Origin: Candidatus Nealsonbacteria bacterium RIFCSPLOWO2_01_FULL_43_32 | Lineage (GTDB): Bacteria > Patescibacteriota > Minisyncoccia > Minisyncoccales > MHMH01 | Reading direction: 5' to 3' | Length of the DNA stretch: 52,092 bases | NCBI GenBank assembly: GCA_001819335.1 | Contig: MHMH01000015.1 | Coordinates: forward strand, 1-52,092 | Shown here: positions 17,406-26,266 of the stretch, in pieces | Position numbering within the stretch: position 1 is the first letter of the stretch | Layout: each line of letters opens with the position of its first letter | Position numbers and translations under genes: made by a program | Notes under the pieces: generated by a model | Seen by the model: only the letters and a program-made list of their open reading frames with translations | Told to the model about the DNA's origin: nothing | Database searches by the model: none

Positions 17406-19456
17406 GTTTTGTTGGAGCAGCTTATTTTTTTATTTTTCTCCACCAACAAAGAACCGCACTCGGGGCAAGTTTGGCCGGTGCCTGCCTGCCGGCCAGGCAG
17501 GGGCTTGTCCCATAAAGCAAAGTCGCAGTCCGGGAATTTATTACAGCCATAAAATATTTTATTTTTTCTGGTTCTTTTTTCAACGATTTGCCCCTCTTTA
17601 CATTTCGGGCATTTGATATTTAAAGTATTTTCCGGCAGAGACTCGGTGTAGCGGCACTTGGGGAATTTCGAACAAGCATAAAACTTGCCGAACTTACCTA
17701 ATCTGACGAGCAGTGGGGCTTGGCATTTGGGACATTTTTTGCCGGTGGGTTTTTCAGTAAATTCTTTCTTGGAGACCTCCTGGTATTTTTTCTCCAAATT
17801 GTGGCTGAAATGGCCGTAAAATTCTTTGACAATGTTCTTCCATTTTCTCTGGCCCTGGGCGATATTGTCCAGATTCTCTTCCATATTGGCCGTGAATTTA
17901 ATGTCAACAATTTCAGGGAAATGAGCCACTAAAATATCATTAACGACCAGGCCGATCTCCGTCGGCTTGAAACGTTTCTCATCGTCTTTTTCAACATAGT
18001 TTCTCTCCTGGATAGTGGAAATAATCGGCGCATAGGTTGAGGGCCGACCGATGCCCTCTATTTCCAAAGCCTTAATCAGGGTGGCTTCGCTGAATCGGCC
18101 CGGGGGCTGGGTGAAGTGCTGTAAGGGAGTCAATTTTATCAAGGTTAAAGTTTCTGCTCTCTTTAAGAGAGGCAGGGTAGCTTCAATGATTTTCATCGGA
18201 TAGACTTTTAAAAATCCGTCGAATTTTAAAGTTTGGCCGTTGGCTCTGAAAACATAATTCTTGGCTGAAACATCAATGGTTGTTGAGTCAAACAAAGCTG
18301 CTTTCATCTGGCAGGCAATGAACCTCCGCCAGATTAAATCGTAAAGCTTGTATTGGTTGTTGTCCAACTTGGCTTGAGTTTTTATTTGTTCGGGATTTTT
18401 GTCCGGATAAGCAGGCCTGATGGCTTCATGGGCTTCCTGGGCTCCCTTGGACTTGGTTTTGAATTTTCTGAATTGATGATAAGCTTCTCCGTAATTTTCA
18501 ATAATGAATTTTTGGGCTGTGCTAAGTGCTAAGTCCGAAAGATTTAAAGAGTCGGTGCGATGATAAGTAATCAAGCCTCTCTCGTAAAGATTTTGGGCGA
18601 TTCTCATAGTTTGTTTGCCTGAATAGCGGAATTTTTTAAAAGCTTCCTGCTGGAGCGTGGAAGTGGTCAGGGGTCCCAGGGGATTTTTATTTACTTCTTT
18701 CTTCTCAATATTTTCAACTTTATATTCAGCGTTTTTCAGGTTCTGAACTATTTTCTCTGATTCGTCTTTTGTTTTGATGGCCAATTTATCCAAAACTAGC
18801 CCGTCTTTTTTACTTAAAAAAGCGGAGAATTCGGTCTTGCGGGACCGGAGCAGGGCCTCGATGCTCCAGTATTCTTGCGTTTTGAATTTTTCTATTTCTC
18901 TTTCTCTTTCCACGATTAATTTAACAGCCACTGATTGGACCCGGCCGGCTGAAAGGCCCCGGGCCACTTTTTTCCATAAAAAAGGCGAGAGCTTGTAGCC
19001 CACGATTCTGTCTAACACTCTTCTTGCTTGCTGGGCGTCAACCAGGTTCATGTCGATTTTCCTGGGACTCTCCAGGGCGTTTTCAATGGCTGGCTTGGTG
19101 ATTTCATGAAACACAATCCGTTCGTAGGGTTTCGGATTTCGTGCTTCGGATTTCGGATTTTCCAGGTCCAAGACCTGGGCAAGGTGCCAGGCAATGGCTT
19201 CACCCTCCCGGTCTTCATCCGTGGCGATGATTGTCAATTCTGCTCTCTTGACTTCGTTTTTTAACAGCTGGATTACCTTTCTGGCTTTAAGCGGGATAAT
19301 GTATTTCGGCTGAAAATCGTTTTCCACGTCCACTCCCAGTTCGCTTTTGGGCAAGTCCCGGACATGGCCGTACGAAGAAAGGACCCGGTATTTCGGGCCT
19401 AAAAATCCCTGGATAGTTTTTGATTTCACCGGACTTTCGACCACAACAAGCTTCAT
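17381..19456 (-). CDS. topA: DNA topoisomerase I
   Basis: VVESP, DEDREGE, SAGRVQS, ITYHRTDS, GIGRPSTY, C-terminal Zn ribbons. Confidence 0.97.
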   Translation of the reverse strand: MKLVVVESPVKSKTIQGFLGPKYRVLSSYGHVRDLPKSELGVDVENDFQPKYIIPLKARKVIQLLKNEVKRAELTIIATDEDREGEAIAWHLAQVLDLENPKSEARNPKPYERIVFHEITKPAIENALESPRKIDMNLVDAQQARRVLDRIVGYKLSPFLWKKVARGLSAGRVQSVAVKLIVEREREIEKFKTQEYWSIEALLRSRKTEFSAFLSKKDGLVLDKLAIKTKDESEKIVQNLKNAEYKVENIEKKEVNKNPLGPLTTSTLQQEAFKKFRYSGKQTMRIAQNLYERGLITYHRTDSLNLSDLALSTAQKFIIENYGEAYHQFRKFKTKSKGAQEAHEAIRPAYPDKNPEQIKTQAKLDNNQYKLYDLIWRRFIACQMKAALFDSTTIDVSAKNYVFRANGQTLKFDGFLKVYPMKIIEATLPLLKRAETLTLIKLTPLQHFTQPPGRFSEATLIKALEIEGIGRPSTYAPIISTIQERNYVEKDDEKRFKPTEIGLVVNDILVAHFPEIVDIKFTANMEENLDNIAQGQRKWKNIVKEFYGHFSHNLEKKYQEVSKKEFTEKPTGKKCPKCQAPLLVRLGKFGKFYACSKFPKCRYTESLPENTLNIKCPKCKEGQIVEKRTRKNKIFYGCNKFPDCDFALWDKPLPGRQAGTGQTCPECGSLLVEKNKKISCSNKTCASFSKK

Positions 19457-19495
19457 AATTTTTAATCTAACATCAATTCTCTAAAATTACAAAAG

Positions 19496-21463
19496 TTACG
19501 CATTTTTTATTTTATCAATGGCTTCAGATAGCATCTGGCAGTATAAATTTAAGCCAACCTGGTTGATGTTGCCCGATTGCTCTTTGCCCAAGATGTTGCC
19601 CGCGCCTCTGATTTCCAAGTCTTTCATGGCGATTCGGTAGCCGGAGCCCAGCGCTTCGGCTTCTCTTAAAGCATTCAGTCGTTGCTCGGCTAAGCCGAGC
19701 AACTTTTTAGGATACAGGAAATAAGCAAACGATTGGATGTAGGAGCGGCCGATTCTTCCCCTGATTTGGTAGGCCTGTGAAAGCCCGAGTTTCGTAGCGT
19801 CAGCCACAATGAGAGTATTGACATTGGGCAAATCCAGGCCGTTTTCAATAATGGTAGTCGCTATTAAAACATCTATTTTTTTATTCTGGAAATCTGCCAT
19901 TGTTTTGATTAATTTTCTTTCTGCCATTCTCCCGTGGATTATGCCGAACTTCACTTTAGGCAATAAATTTTCCAGCAATTTTTTGGCTGTTTCAATCGTT
20001 TCCACCCGGTTGTGCAGATAATAAACTTGTCCGTGGCGGGAAACTTCTTCTTTAATGGTTTGCTTGATAATTTCTTTTGACCGCTGTCTGATGAATGTTT
20101 TTATCGGGAGCCGCTGGGCCGGGGGAGTTTGGATGACGCTGATATTTTTCAGAGAAGACATGGCCAGATAAAGGGTTCTGGGTATGGGCGTGGCTGAAAG
20201 AGACAGGACATCCAAAGCTGCCCGCATTTTTTTCAATTTCTCTTTTTGCCTGACGCCGAACCTTTGTTCGTCGTCAATCACCAGCAACCCCAGGTTTTTG
20301 AACTCAAGGTCATTGGATAAAACTCGATGAGTGCCGATTAAAATATCTATTTTGCCTTCTTTCACGTTTTCAATAATCTTTTTTTGTTCTCGCTTGGTCT
20401 GTAGCCTGCTTAATAATTCAACCCCGATGGGCAGGCCCTCCAATCTTTTTTTAAAGGTTTGGAAGTGTTGAGAAGCCAAGATGGTCGTAGGGCAAATCAG
20501 GGCTGCCTGATAGCCGGAATTGACCGCTTTGGCCATGGTTCTTAAGGCTACCTCAGTTTTGCCAAAGCCCACGTCCCCGCAGACGATTCTGTCTAAGGGT
20601 TTTTCTGATTTTTCCAGGTCTTTTTTAATATCTTCCAGTGCTTGTATTTGGTCGGGTGTTTCCTCATAAGGGAAGGTAGCGGCTATTTGGGCGTCAATTT
20701 CAGTGTCTTGAGCATAAACCGGCCGGGTAGCCATTTCTCTCTGGCTATAAATCTCCAAAAGCTCTTTAGCTAATTTTTCTGTCTCCTCTTTTATTTTTCT
20801 TTTGGTTTTTTCCCAGAGAGTAGAACTCAACCGGGAAATTTTTGGCTCTTGGAAGCCCACATACCTGGACAGTTTTCTTTCCAGGCCCAGGGGTACGTAT
20901 AATTTGTCTTCTTGGGCATATTCTAAAACATAATAATCGCTGGGGGTCGGAACTCCCAAGGAGGTCCGACCCCCATAAATTCCTACGCCGTGGTCTAAGT
21001 GGACCAAATAATCTCCTGTCTTGATGCCTTTCAGGTCGGAGAACAGCTTCTGCCTTTTTAATTTCTTTCTGATTCTTTCTTTGACTTCTTTTTCATCGCC
21101 CATTTCCACAGGCAGTTCTTCCATGTTTTCAATCAGATTGCCGTAAAAGTCAATTCTTAAGGCAAAATTGGCATTGATTGGAAAAACGTCAATCACGCCG
21201 CCCTGCCTTGAAAATTCGCCCGGCTCTGATACGTTCTGGACTTTCTCGTAGCCCATTTCATCCAATTTCCTTAAAAATTGGGAAAAATTAAACTCCTTTT
21301 GTTTTTCTACAAATATAATATTGTCTTCGAAAAAAGAAAGGGTTTTCTTGGCTTCTAAAATCTTCTCCAGATTTTCCTCAAACCACAAATTCCTCCTGTC
21401 CAGAAAATAGGGGGTAACGCTGACGATTAAAATCTTATCAATATTCTTGCTTGACAATCCCAT
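19496..21463 (-). CDS. mfd: Short transcription-repair coupling factor (Mfd-like, 655 aa)
   Basis: CarD-like VHLDHGVG, ETPDQ, GDVGFGKTE, DDEQRFG, SATPIPRTL, DLEIRGAGNILG; ends shortly after the TRG motif. Confidence 0.88.
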   Translation of the reverse strand: MGLSSKNIDKILIVSVTPYFLDRRNLWFEENLEKILEAKKTLSFFEDNIIFVEKQKEFNFSQFLRKLDEMGYEKVQNVSEPGEFSRQGGVIDVFPINANFALRIDFYGNLIENMEELPVEMGDEKEVKERIRKKLKRQKLFSDLKGIKTGDYLVHLDHGVGIYGGRTSLGVPTPSDYYVLEYAQEDKLYVPLGLERKLSRYVGFQEPKISRLSSTLWEKTKRKIKEETEKLAKELLEIYSQREMATRPVYAQDTEIDAQIAATFPYEETPDQIQALEDIKKDLEKSEKPLDRIVCGDVGFGKTEVALRTMAKAVNSGYQAALICPTTILASQHFQTFKKRLEGLPIGVELLSRLQTKREQKKIIENVKEGKIDILIGTHRVLSNDLEFKNLGLLVIDDEQRFGVRQKEKLKKMRAALDVLSLSATPIPRTLYLAMSSLKNISVIQTPPAQRLPIKTFIRQRSKEIIKQTIKEEVSRHGQVYYLHNRVETIETAKKLLENLLPKVKFGIIHGRMAERKLIKTMADFQNKKIDVLIATTIIENGLDLPNVNTLIVADATKLGLSQAYQIRGRIGRSYIQSFAYFLYPKKLLGLAEQRLNALREAEALGSGYRIAMKDLEIRGAGNILGKEQSGNINQVGLNLYCQMLSEAIDKIKNA

Positions 21464-21478
21464 CTAAAATAGTATAAT
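21451..21478 (+). promoter_or_regulatory. sigma70 promoter overlapping the divergent mfd start
   Basis: TTGACA(21451)-16 bp-TATAAT(21473); downstream gene has SD AGGAGGTG. Confidence 0.7.
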
Positions 21479-21528
21479 CTAATAAGTTAATTCGGGTCAA
21501 ATTCAAATAATGCAATAGGAGGTGTCAA

Positions 21529-21792
21529 ATGCCGAATTGTGGTTTTTGCGGCAAACCCCAGCAATCAGGGGCCAAGTCTCGAAAAATAGTCGTAGAGACG
21601 AGGTTGATTATAACGGGTATCTTTCAGGAGGAAGACCCAAAGACCGGCCTGGTGAGAGTTTACTCCAAGGGTCGGGTAGAGACCGTTAAGGAGAAATCAG
21701 CCTGTCCTGTCTGTGCAGGGCAACCTCACTTCGCCCAAACTGTTGAGTTTAGGGACGAATCACAGCCCGTTCTAAGCGAAGCCAAGACATGA
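21529..21792 (+). CDS. Small hypothetical protein with two CxxC motifs (possible Zn ribbon)
   Basis: CGFC and CPVC; strong SD and own promoter. Confidence 0.7.
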   Translation: MPNCGFCGKPQQSGAKSRKIVVETRLIITGIFQEEDPKTGLVRVYSKGRVETVKEKSACPVCAGQPHFAQTVEFRDESQPVLSEAKT

Positions 21793-21805
21793 TTGTCTTG
21801 GCTTC

Positions 21806-22282
21806 TTACTTTATAAAATTATTAATTTCTTCAATTACCTTCGGAATGACTTCTTTAAGAATTTCTTCTTCGTCTTTGGTAAATTTTTCCAGCACAAATT
21901 TTTCAGTACTACGGAACGGTCTATAGTACTGTTCTGGCTTAATGCCGATTCTTATGCGGGTAAAATCTTTTGTGCCCAAGGAGTCAATGATCGACTGCAC
22001 TCCTTTGTGGCCGGCCGAACCCCTGTTTTTTTGGATTTTGAATTCGCCCAGAGGCAAATCAATATCATCATGGACAACGATTAAGTTTTCAGTTTTTAGT
22101 TTATAGTTTTTAGTTATTTTTTTAACTGCGCGGCCGGATTCATTCATAAAGGTGGTGGGTTGCACCAGAATGATATCTTTCAAATTCAATGACTTCAGCT
22201 CGCCAACAACGCGCGAGCCGACATTATGCCGAGTTTTCTCGTATTTCTTCCCGGGATTGCCCAGGCCGACGATTAATAGCAT
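21806..22282 (-). CDS. pth: Peptidyl-tRNA hydrolase
   Basis: GLGNPG..Y..TRHNVG, TFMNESG, HDDID, GSAGHKG. Confidence 0.95.
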   Translation of the reverse strand: MLLIVGLGNPGKKYEKTRHNVGSRVVGELKSLNLKDIILVQPTTFMNESGRAVKKITKNYKLKTENLIVVHDDIDLPLGEFKIQKNRGSAGHKGVQSIIDSLGTKDFTRIRIGIKPEQYYRPFRSTEKFVLEKFTKDEEEILKEVIPKVIEEINNFIK

Positions 22283-22323
22283 CTTGCTTGTATTTTAGCA
22301 TAAACTTAGGTATAATTAGAAAA

Positions 22324-22378
22324 GGTCAAAGAGGCTGGAGCCTCTTTTCCGCCTTCGTCCCACAAAGTGGGACTCGGT
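22324..22378 (+). repeat. Two-hairpin repeat element, copy B
   Basis: GGTC-AAAGAGGCT-gg-AGCCTCTTT-TCCG-CCTTCG-TCCCAC-aaa-GTGGGA-CTCGGT. Confidence 0.75.
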
Positions 22379-22380
22379 TT

Positions 22381-22926
22381 ATGAAAAAGCTTCTTTTGTT
22401 TATCTGGGAAATATCAAAAATTGTCATCGTCGCCTTATTGATTGTGGTGCCCATCCGTTATTTTATCTTTCAGCCGTTTTTTGTCAGAGGGCAAAGCATG
22501 GAGCCAAATTTTTTTCAAGGCGATTATTTAATTATTGATGAGTTGAGCTATCAGTTCAGGGCGCCCGAACGGGGCGAAGTGATTGTTTTGAAATATCCCC
22601 AGGATCCTTCCCAGCGTTATATCAAAAGAATCATCGGCCTGCCCGGCGAAACATTGAGAATTCAGGGTGGCCAGGTGTTTGTTTTTAGAGACGGAGCAGC
22701 GCAAGCTTTAGATGAACTTGCTTATCTTGCTCAATTTGTCAGTACTTCAGGAGATATAGAGATGACTTTAGATAAAAATGAATATTTTGTTTTGGGAGAT
22801 AACCGTCCAGTTTCAGCTGATTCGCGGCGTTGGGGCTTATTGCCGGAAGGGAATATTATCGGCCGGGTTTTTTTAAGAGTCTGGCCTTTCGCCGCTTTAG
22901 CTAAAATTGAAATCCCAAACTACTAA
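22381..22926 (+). CDS. lepB: Signal peptidase I
   Basis: GQSMEP, YIKRIIGLPGE, GDNRPVSADSR; start moved to ATG 22381. Confidence 0.95.
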   Translation: MKKLLLFIWEISKIVIVALLIVVPIRYFIFQPFFVRGQSMEPNFFQGDYLIIDELSYQFRAPERGEVIVLKYPQDPSQRYIKRIIGLPGETLRIQGGQVFVFRDGAAQALDELAYLAQFVSTSGDIEMTLDKNEYFVLGDNRPVSADSRRWGLLPEGNIIGRVFLRVWPFAALAKIEIPNY

Positions 22927-22928
22927 TC

Positions 22929-24218
22929 ATGGTTAAGACACCAAAACTTAGAAGTCCGACTGGCATGCACGATATTTTGCCGGCAGATCAGAGCTTTTTC
23001 CAAAAAGTCTATACGACAGCCAGCAGTATCGCCAATTTTTATGGTTTCGAAAAAATAGATACGCCGTTGGTGGAAGACGCCGAGCTTTTTGTAAAAAGCA
23101 TCGGTATGAGTACCGACATTATTGAAAAGCAGATGTATGTTTTCCGCAGCAAGGGAGGAGATTTATTGGCTTTAAGGCCGGAGTTTACCGCCGGGATTGC
23201 TCGAGCCTATATTGAACACGGTATGTTTAACCTGCCTCAACCCTTGAAATTTTATTCCTTTGGTCCGTTATTTCGGTTAGAGAGGCCGCAAGCCGGCAGG
23301 TTTCGTCAGTTTCATCAGATTGATTTCGAAGTTTTCGGCGAACAAAGTCCGGTAATCGACGCCCAGATTATCCAGATTTTCTATAATCTTCTCCGGGAGC
23401 TGAAATTTAAAAATCTCATGGTAGAAATTAACAGCATCGGCGACAGGCAGTGCCGGCCTTATTATAAAAAATTATTAGTGAACTATTTTCGTTCCAGGGA
23501 AAATTCTTTATGCGCTGATTGCCGACGGCGGCTAAGATATAATCCCTTGAGGATTTTGGACTGCAAAGAAGAAAAGTGCCAACCCGTCAAGGCCCAGGCG
23601 CCTCAAATAGTTGACCACCTGTGCCTGGAGTGTAAGTCGCATTTTAAAGAAGTTTTGGAGTTTTTAGACGAGGTTGAGTTACCTTATCGCCTTAATCCTT
23701 ATTTGGTCAGGGGTTTGGACTACTACACGAAAACCGTTTTTGAGATTTTTGATGGTTCGGAAGAAGGTCAGAAAGGAGATGCTTTGGTCGGCGGTGGCCG
23801 GTTCGATGCACTGGTGAGGTTGTTGGGCGGTAGGAATACGCCCGCTTGCGGCGCGGCGGCCGGCGTCGAAAGAATTATCCAGGTTTTGAAAGAAAGGAGC
23901 AAAAAAGAATCAGCGCCCCCTGTACAGGTTAAAGACGTCTTTTTGGCTCAATTGGGAGGCTTGGCCAAAAGAAAGAGCTTAAAGCTGTTTGAAGAATTCA
24001 GAAGGGCCAAAATTTCTTCGGCCGAGTCTTTAAGCAAGGATTCTTTAAAGACGCAGTTGAGAAGTGCCGATAAGGCCGGGGTAAGGTATGCGTTGATTCT
24101 CGGCCAAAGAGAAGCCCTGGAAGGCACGATTATTATCCGAGATATGAAAACCGGCAAGCAGGAAACCGTCAAAATAGAAAAAGTGATTAAGGAAATACAA
24201 AAAAGGCTAAAGAGATAA
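22929..24218 (+). CDS. hisS: Histidine--tRNA ligase
   Basis: LRPEFTA, ERPQAGRFRQFHQ, LVRGLDYY, GGGRFD. Confidence 0.97.
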   Translation: MVKTPKLRSPTGMHDILPADQSFFQKVYTTASSIANFYGFEKIDTPLVEDAELFVKSIGMSTDIIEKQMYVFRSKGGDLLALRPEFTAGIARAYIEHGMFNLPQPLKFYSFGPLFRLERPQAGRFRQFHQIDFEVFGEQSPVIDAQIIQIFYNLLRELKFKNLMVEINSIGDRQCRPYYKKLLVNYFRSRENSLCADCRRRLRYNPLRILDCKEEKCQPVKAQAPQIVDHLCLECKSHFKEVLEFLDEVELPYRLNPYLVRGLDYYTKTVFEIFDGSEEGQKGDALVGGGRFDALVRLLGGRNTPACGAAAGVERIIQVLKERSKKESAPPVQVKDVFLAQLGGLAKRKSLKLFEEFRRAKISSAESLSKDSLKTQLRSADKAGVRYALILGQREALEGTIIIRDMKTGKQETVKIEKVIKEIQKRLKR

Positions 24219-24219
24219 T

Positions 24220-24555
24220 ATGCCATGTTTATTCTGTAAAATTATCAATAAGGAAATGCCTGCAGAAATTGTTTATGAAGATGAGAAATTTTCAGTGATT
24301 AAGGATATTAAGCCAGTGGCCCCGATTCACTTTTTAATTATGCCTAAAAAACACCTTGTTTCGGTCAATCAATTAACGGCATCAGACAAAGAATTAATTG
24401 GCGAGCTGTTCTTAGCGGCTAAAAAAGTGGCTCAAGACGCTGGGGTATCGGCAAGCGGCTATAGATTAATTTTCAATATAGGGGAAAAGGCTGGTCAAAG
24501 TATTGACCATTTGCATTTACATCTATTAGGCGGTAAAACATTACCATGGCCTTAG
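24220..24555 (+). CDS. hinT: HIT family nucleotide-binding protein
   Basis: CLFCKI, HLHLHLLGG histidine triad. Confidence 0.92.
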   Translation: MPCLFCKIINKEMPAEIVYEDEKFSVIKDIKPVAPIHFLIMPKKHLVSVNQLTASDKELIGELFLAAKKVAQDAGVSASGYRLIFNIGEKAGQSIDHLHLHLLGGKTLPWP

Positions 24556-24764
24556 AAGTTAAAAAACAAGAAAGGGAAACAGCTCAAAGCTTAGTGAGGC
24601 GCTTTGGTAAGCGAGTACAGCAGAGCGGTCTTTTGATTCGCGCCAGAAAAACCAGGTTCAGGAAGCGGCCTAAAAGCCATTTGGCCAAAAAGCGAGCCGC
24701 TTTAAGGCGGGAAGAATTAAGAAAGGAATACCAAAAATTAAAGAAATTAGGCAAAATCAACTAA
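24546..24764 (+). CDS. rpsU: 30S ribosomal protein bS21
   Basis: Small basic protein with E...L.RRF...V..SG pattern; hit-rpsU-yqeY synteny. Confidence 0.75.
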   Translation: MALEVKKQERETAQSLVRRFGKRVQQSGLLIRARKTRFRKRPKSHLAKKRAALRREELRKEYQKLKKLGKIN

Positions 24765-24767
24765 TCG

Positions 24768-24820
24768 CGAATCAGTTACGAATTTACGAATTCGTATATT
24801 CGCAAGAAATTCGTTATTCG
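24768..24820. repeat. Second CGAAT/ATTCG mirror array
   Basis: CGAAT at 24768, 24779, 24787; ATTCG at 24790, 24798, 24809, 24816. Confidence 0.75.
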
Positions 24821-24827
24821 CTGATTT

Positions 24828-25301
24828 ATGTTAAAAGAAAAAATTCAAGCAGACCTCAAGAATTCCATGAAGCAAAAAGAAGAATTGACTCTTTCGGTTT
24901 TGCGTATGTTGAGCGCGGCTATCGTAAATAAAGAGAAAGAGAAAAGATTCAAAAGCGGCCAGAGTCAAGACATTGCCTTGACCGATGAAGAAATCATTGA
25001 GGTGATTGCCACAGAAATTAAAAAAAGAAAAGAAGCGGCTCTGGCGTATGAACAAGGGGACAGAAAAGAATTGAGCGAAAAAGAAAAGAAAGAAGCAGAG
25101 ATTTTGCAGCAATATCTGCCCGAGCAACTGTCTGAAGCTGAAGTTAAAAAACTGGTTAAAACTGCCATTGAGAAGGTAGGCGCTAAAACCCAGAAAGACA
25201 TGGGTAAGGTAATGCAAGAGTTAATGCCCAAAGTCAAAGGCAAGGCCGATGGGAGTTTAGTTTCCAAACTCGTCAAAGATTTATTGTCGCAAGAATTATA
25301 A
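24828..25301 (+). CDS. yqeY: GatB/YqeY domain protein
   Basis: LSVLRML, YLPEQLSE, DMGKVM, GKADG. Confidence 0.93.
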   Translation: MLKEKIQADLKNSMKQKEELTLSVLRMLSAAIVNKEKEKRFKSGQSQDIALTDEEIIEVIATEIKKRKEAALAYEQGDRKELSEKEKKEAEILQQYLPEQLSEAEVKKLVKTAIEKVGAKTQKDMGKVMQELMPKVKGKADGSLVSKLVKDLLSQEL

Positions 25302-25310
25302 AATTTTTAT

Positions 25311-25339
25311 TTGACAATAATCTAAAAACATAGTAAGCT
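25311..25339 (+). promoter_or_regulatory. Putative promoter of hicBA
   Basis: TTGACA-17 bp-TAAGCT. Confidence 0.55.
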
Positions 25340-25345
25340 AAAAAT

Positions 25346-25591
25346 ATGAAGAATATACTCCACTACAATGTTATTTTTCGTCCGGAGAGAGAGGGCGGAT
25401 TTACGGTTGTCGTCCCCAGCTTGCCCGGATGCGTTACTTACGGGAAAAGTTTGAAAGAAGCGAAAAAAATGGTTGCCGATGCGATTGAGGGGTATATCGC
25501 CAGTTTGAAAAAACACAAAGAGCCAATTCCTACCGATGAGGAAAATTTTTTCACTTCGGTAGATATTAAAAAGAATTTGGTTCATGCCTAA
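25346..25591 (+). CDS. hicB: HicB family antitoxin (short, no DNA-binding domain)
   Basis: EGGFTVVVPSLPGCVTYGKSLKEA. Confidence 0.9.
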   Translation: MKNILHYNVIFRPEREGGFTVVVPSLPGCVTYGKSLKEAKKMVADAIEGYIASLKKHKEPIPTDEENFFTSVDIKKNLVHA

Positions 25592-25805
25592 ACTCCCCGT
25601 TATTAGTTATAAAAAATTAGTAAAAATTTTAGTAAAGTTTGGTTTCCAGTTAGACCATACAACAGGAAGCCATTTTATTTTTTATCACCCGCAAACCAAG
25701 AAAAGAGCCGTAGTCCCGCGTCACTTAAAGGACTTGCCTAAAGGAACATTGATGAGTATTTTAAGAGAAGCAGGTATAGGTAAGGAAGAACTCGGAAAGC
25801 GATGA
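25584..25805 (+). CDS. hicA: HicA family mRNase toxin
   Basis: GF...TGSH, VVPRH..DLPKGTL.SILREAG. Confidence 0.9.
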   Translation: MPKLPVISYKKLVKILVKFGFQLDHTTGSHFIFYHPQTKKRAVVPRHLKDLPKGTLMSILREAGIGKEELGKR

Positions 25806-25852
25806 AGCAGCAGCTTCATCTTTATCTGCGTTTTTAATAAATTAAAAACTTG

Positions 25853-26266
25853 ATGATAGAGGTTAATAATTTGACGAAGCACAGGGTGAATAAAGAGTTT
25901 TTGAAGGGACTTGCTAAAAAGGTTTTGGAGGGAGAGAATAACCCGCCAAAAGCCAGAGCATTTGGGCGGGCCCGCCGCAATGCGAAGCTTTGGGCGGGGA
26001 AAGAATTTAATCTATCTATTGCTTTAGTTGGACAGAGCACGATAAAAGAGTTAAATAAGAGATATAGAGGAAAGAATCAATCCACCGATGTGCTATCTTT
26101 TCAGTACGATGGCTCAGGAGAAGTGGTAATTTGCCCGGAAGCCGTTGAGAAAAATGCTCGCCAGTTTAAATTAATCTATCAAAAAGAACTGGCTCGGGTC
26201 TTGGTCCACGGCATTTTACACGTTTTGGGATACAACCACCAGCAGATGAAGCAAAAAAATGGCTAA
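25853..26266 (+). CDS. ybeY: rRNA maturation RNase YbeY (with in-frame palindromic insert)
   Basis: LNKRYRGK..STDVLSF, HGILHVLGYNH. Confidence 0.9.
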   Translation: MIEVNNLTKHRVNKEFLKGLAKKVLEGENNPPKARAFGRARRNAKLWAGKEFNLSIALVGQSTIKELNKRYRGKNQSTDVLSFQYDGSGEVVICPEAVEKNARQFKLIYQKELARVLVHGILHVLGYNHQQMKQKNG

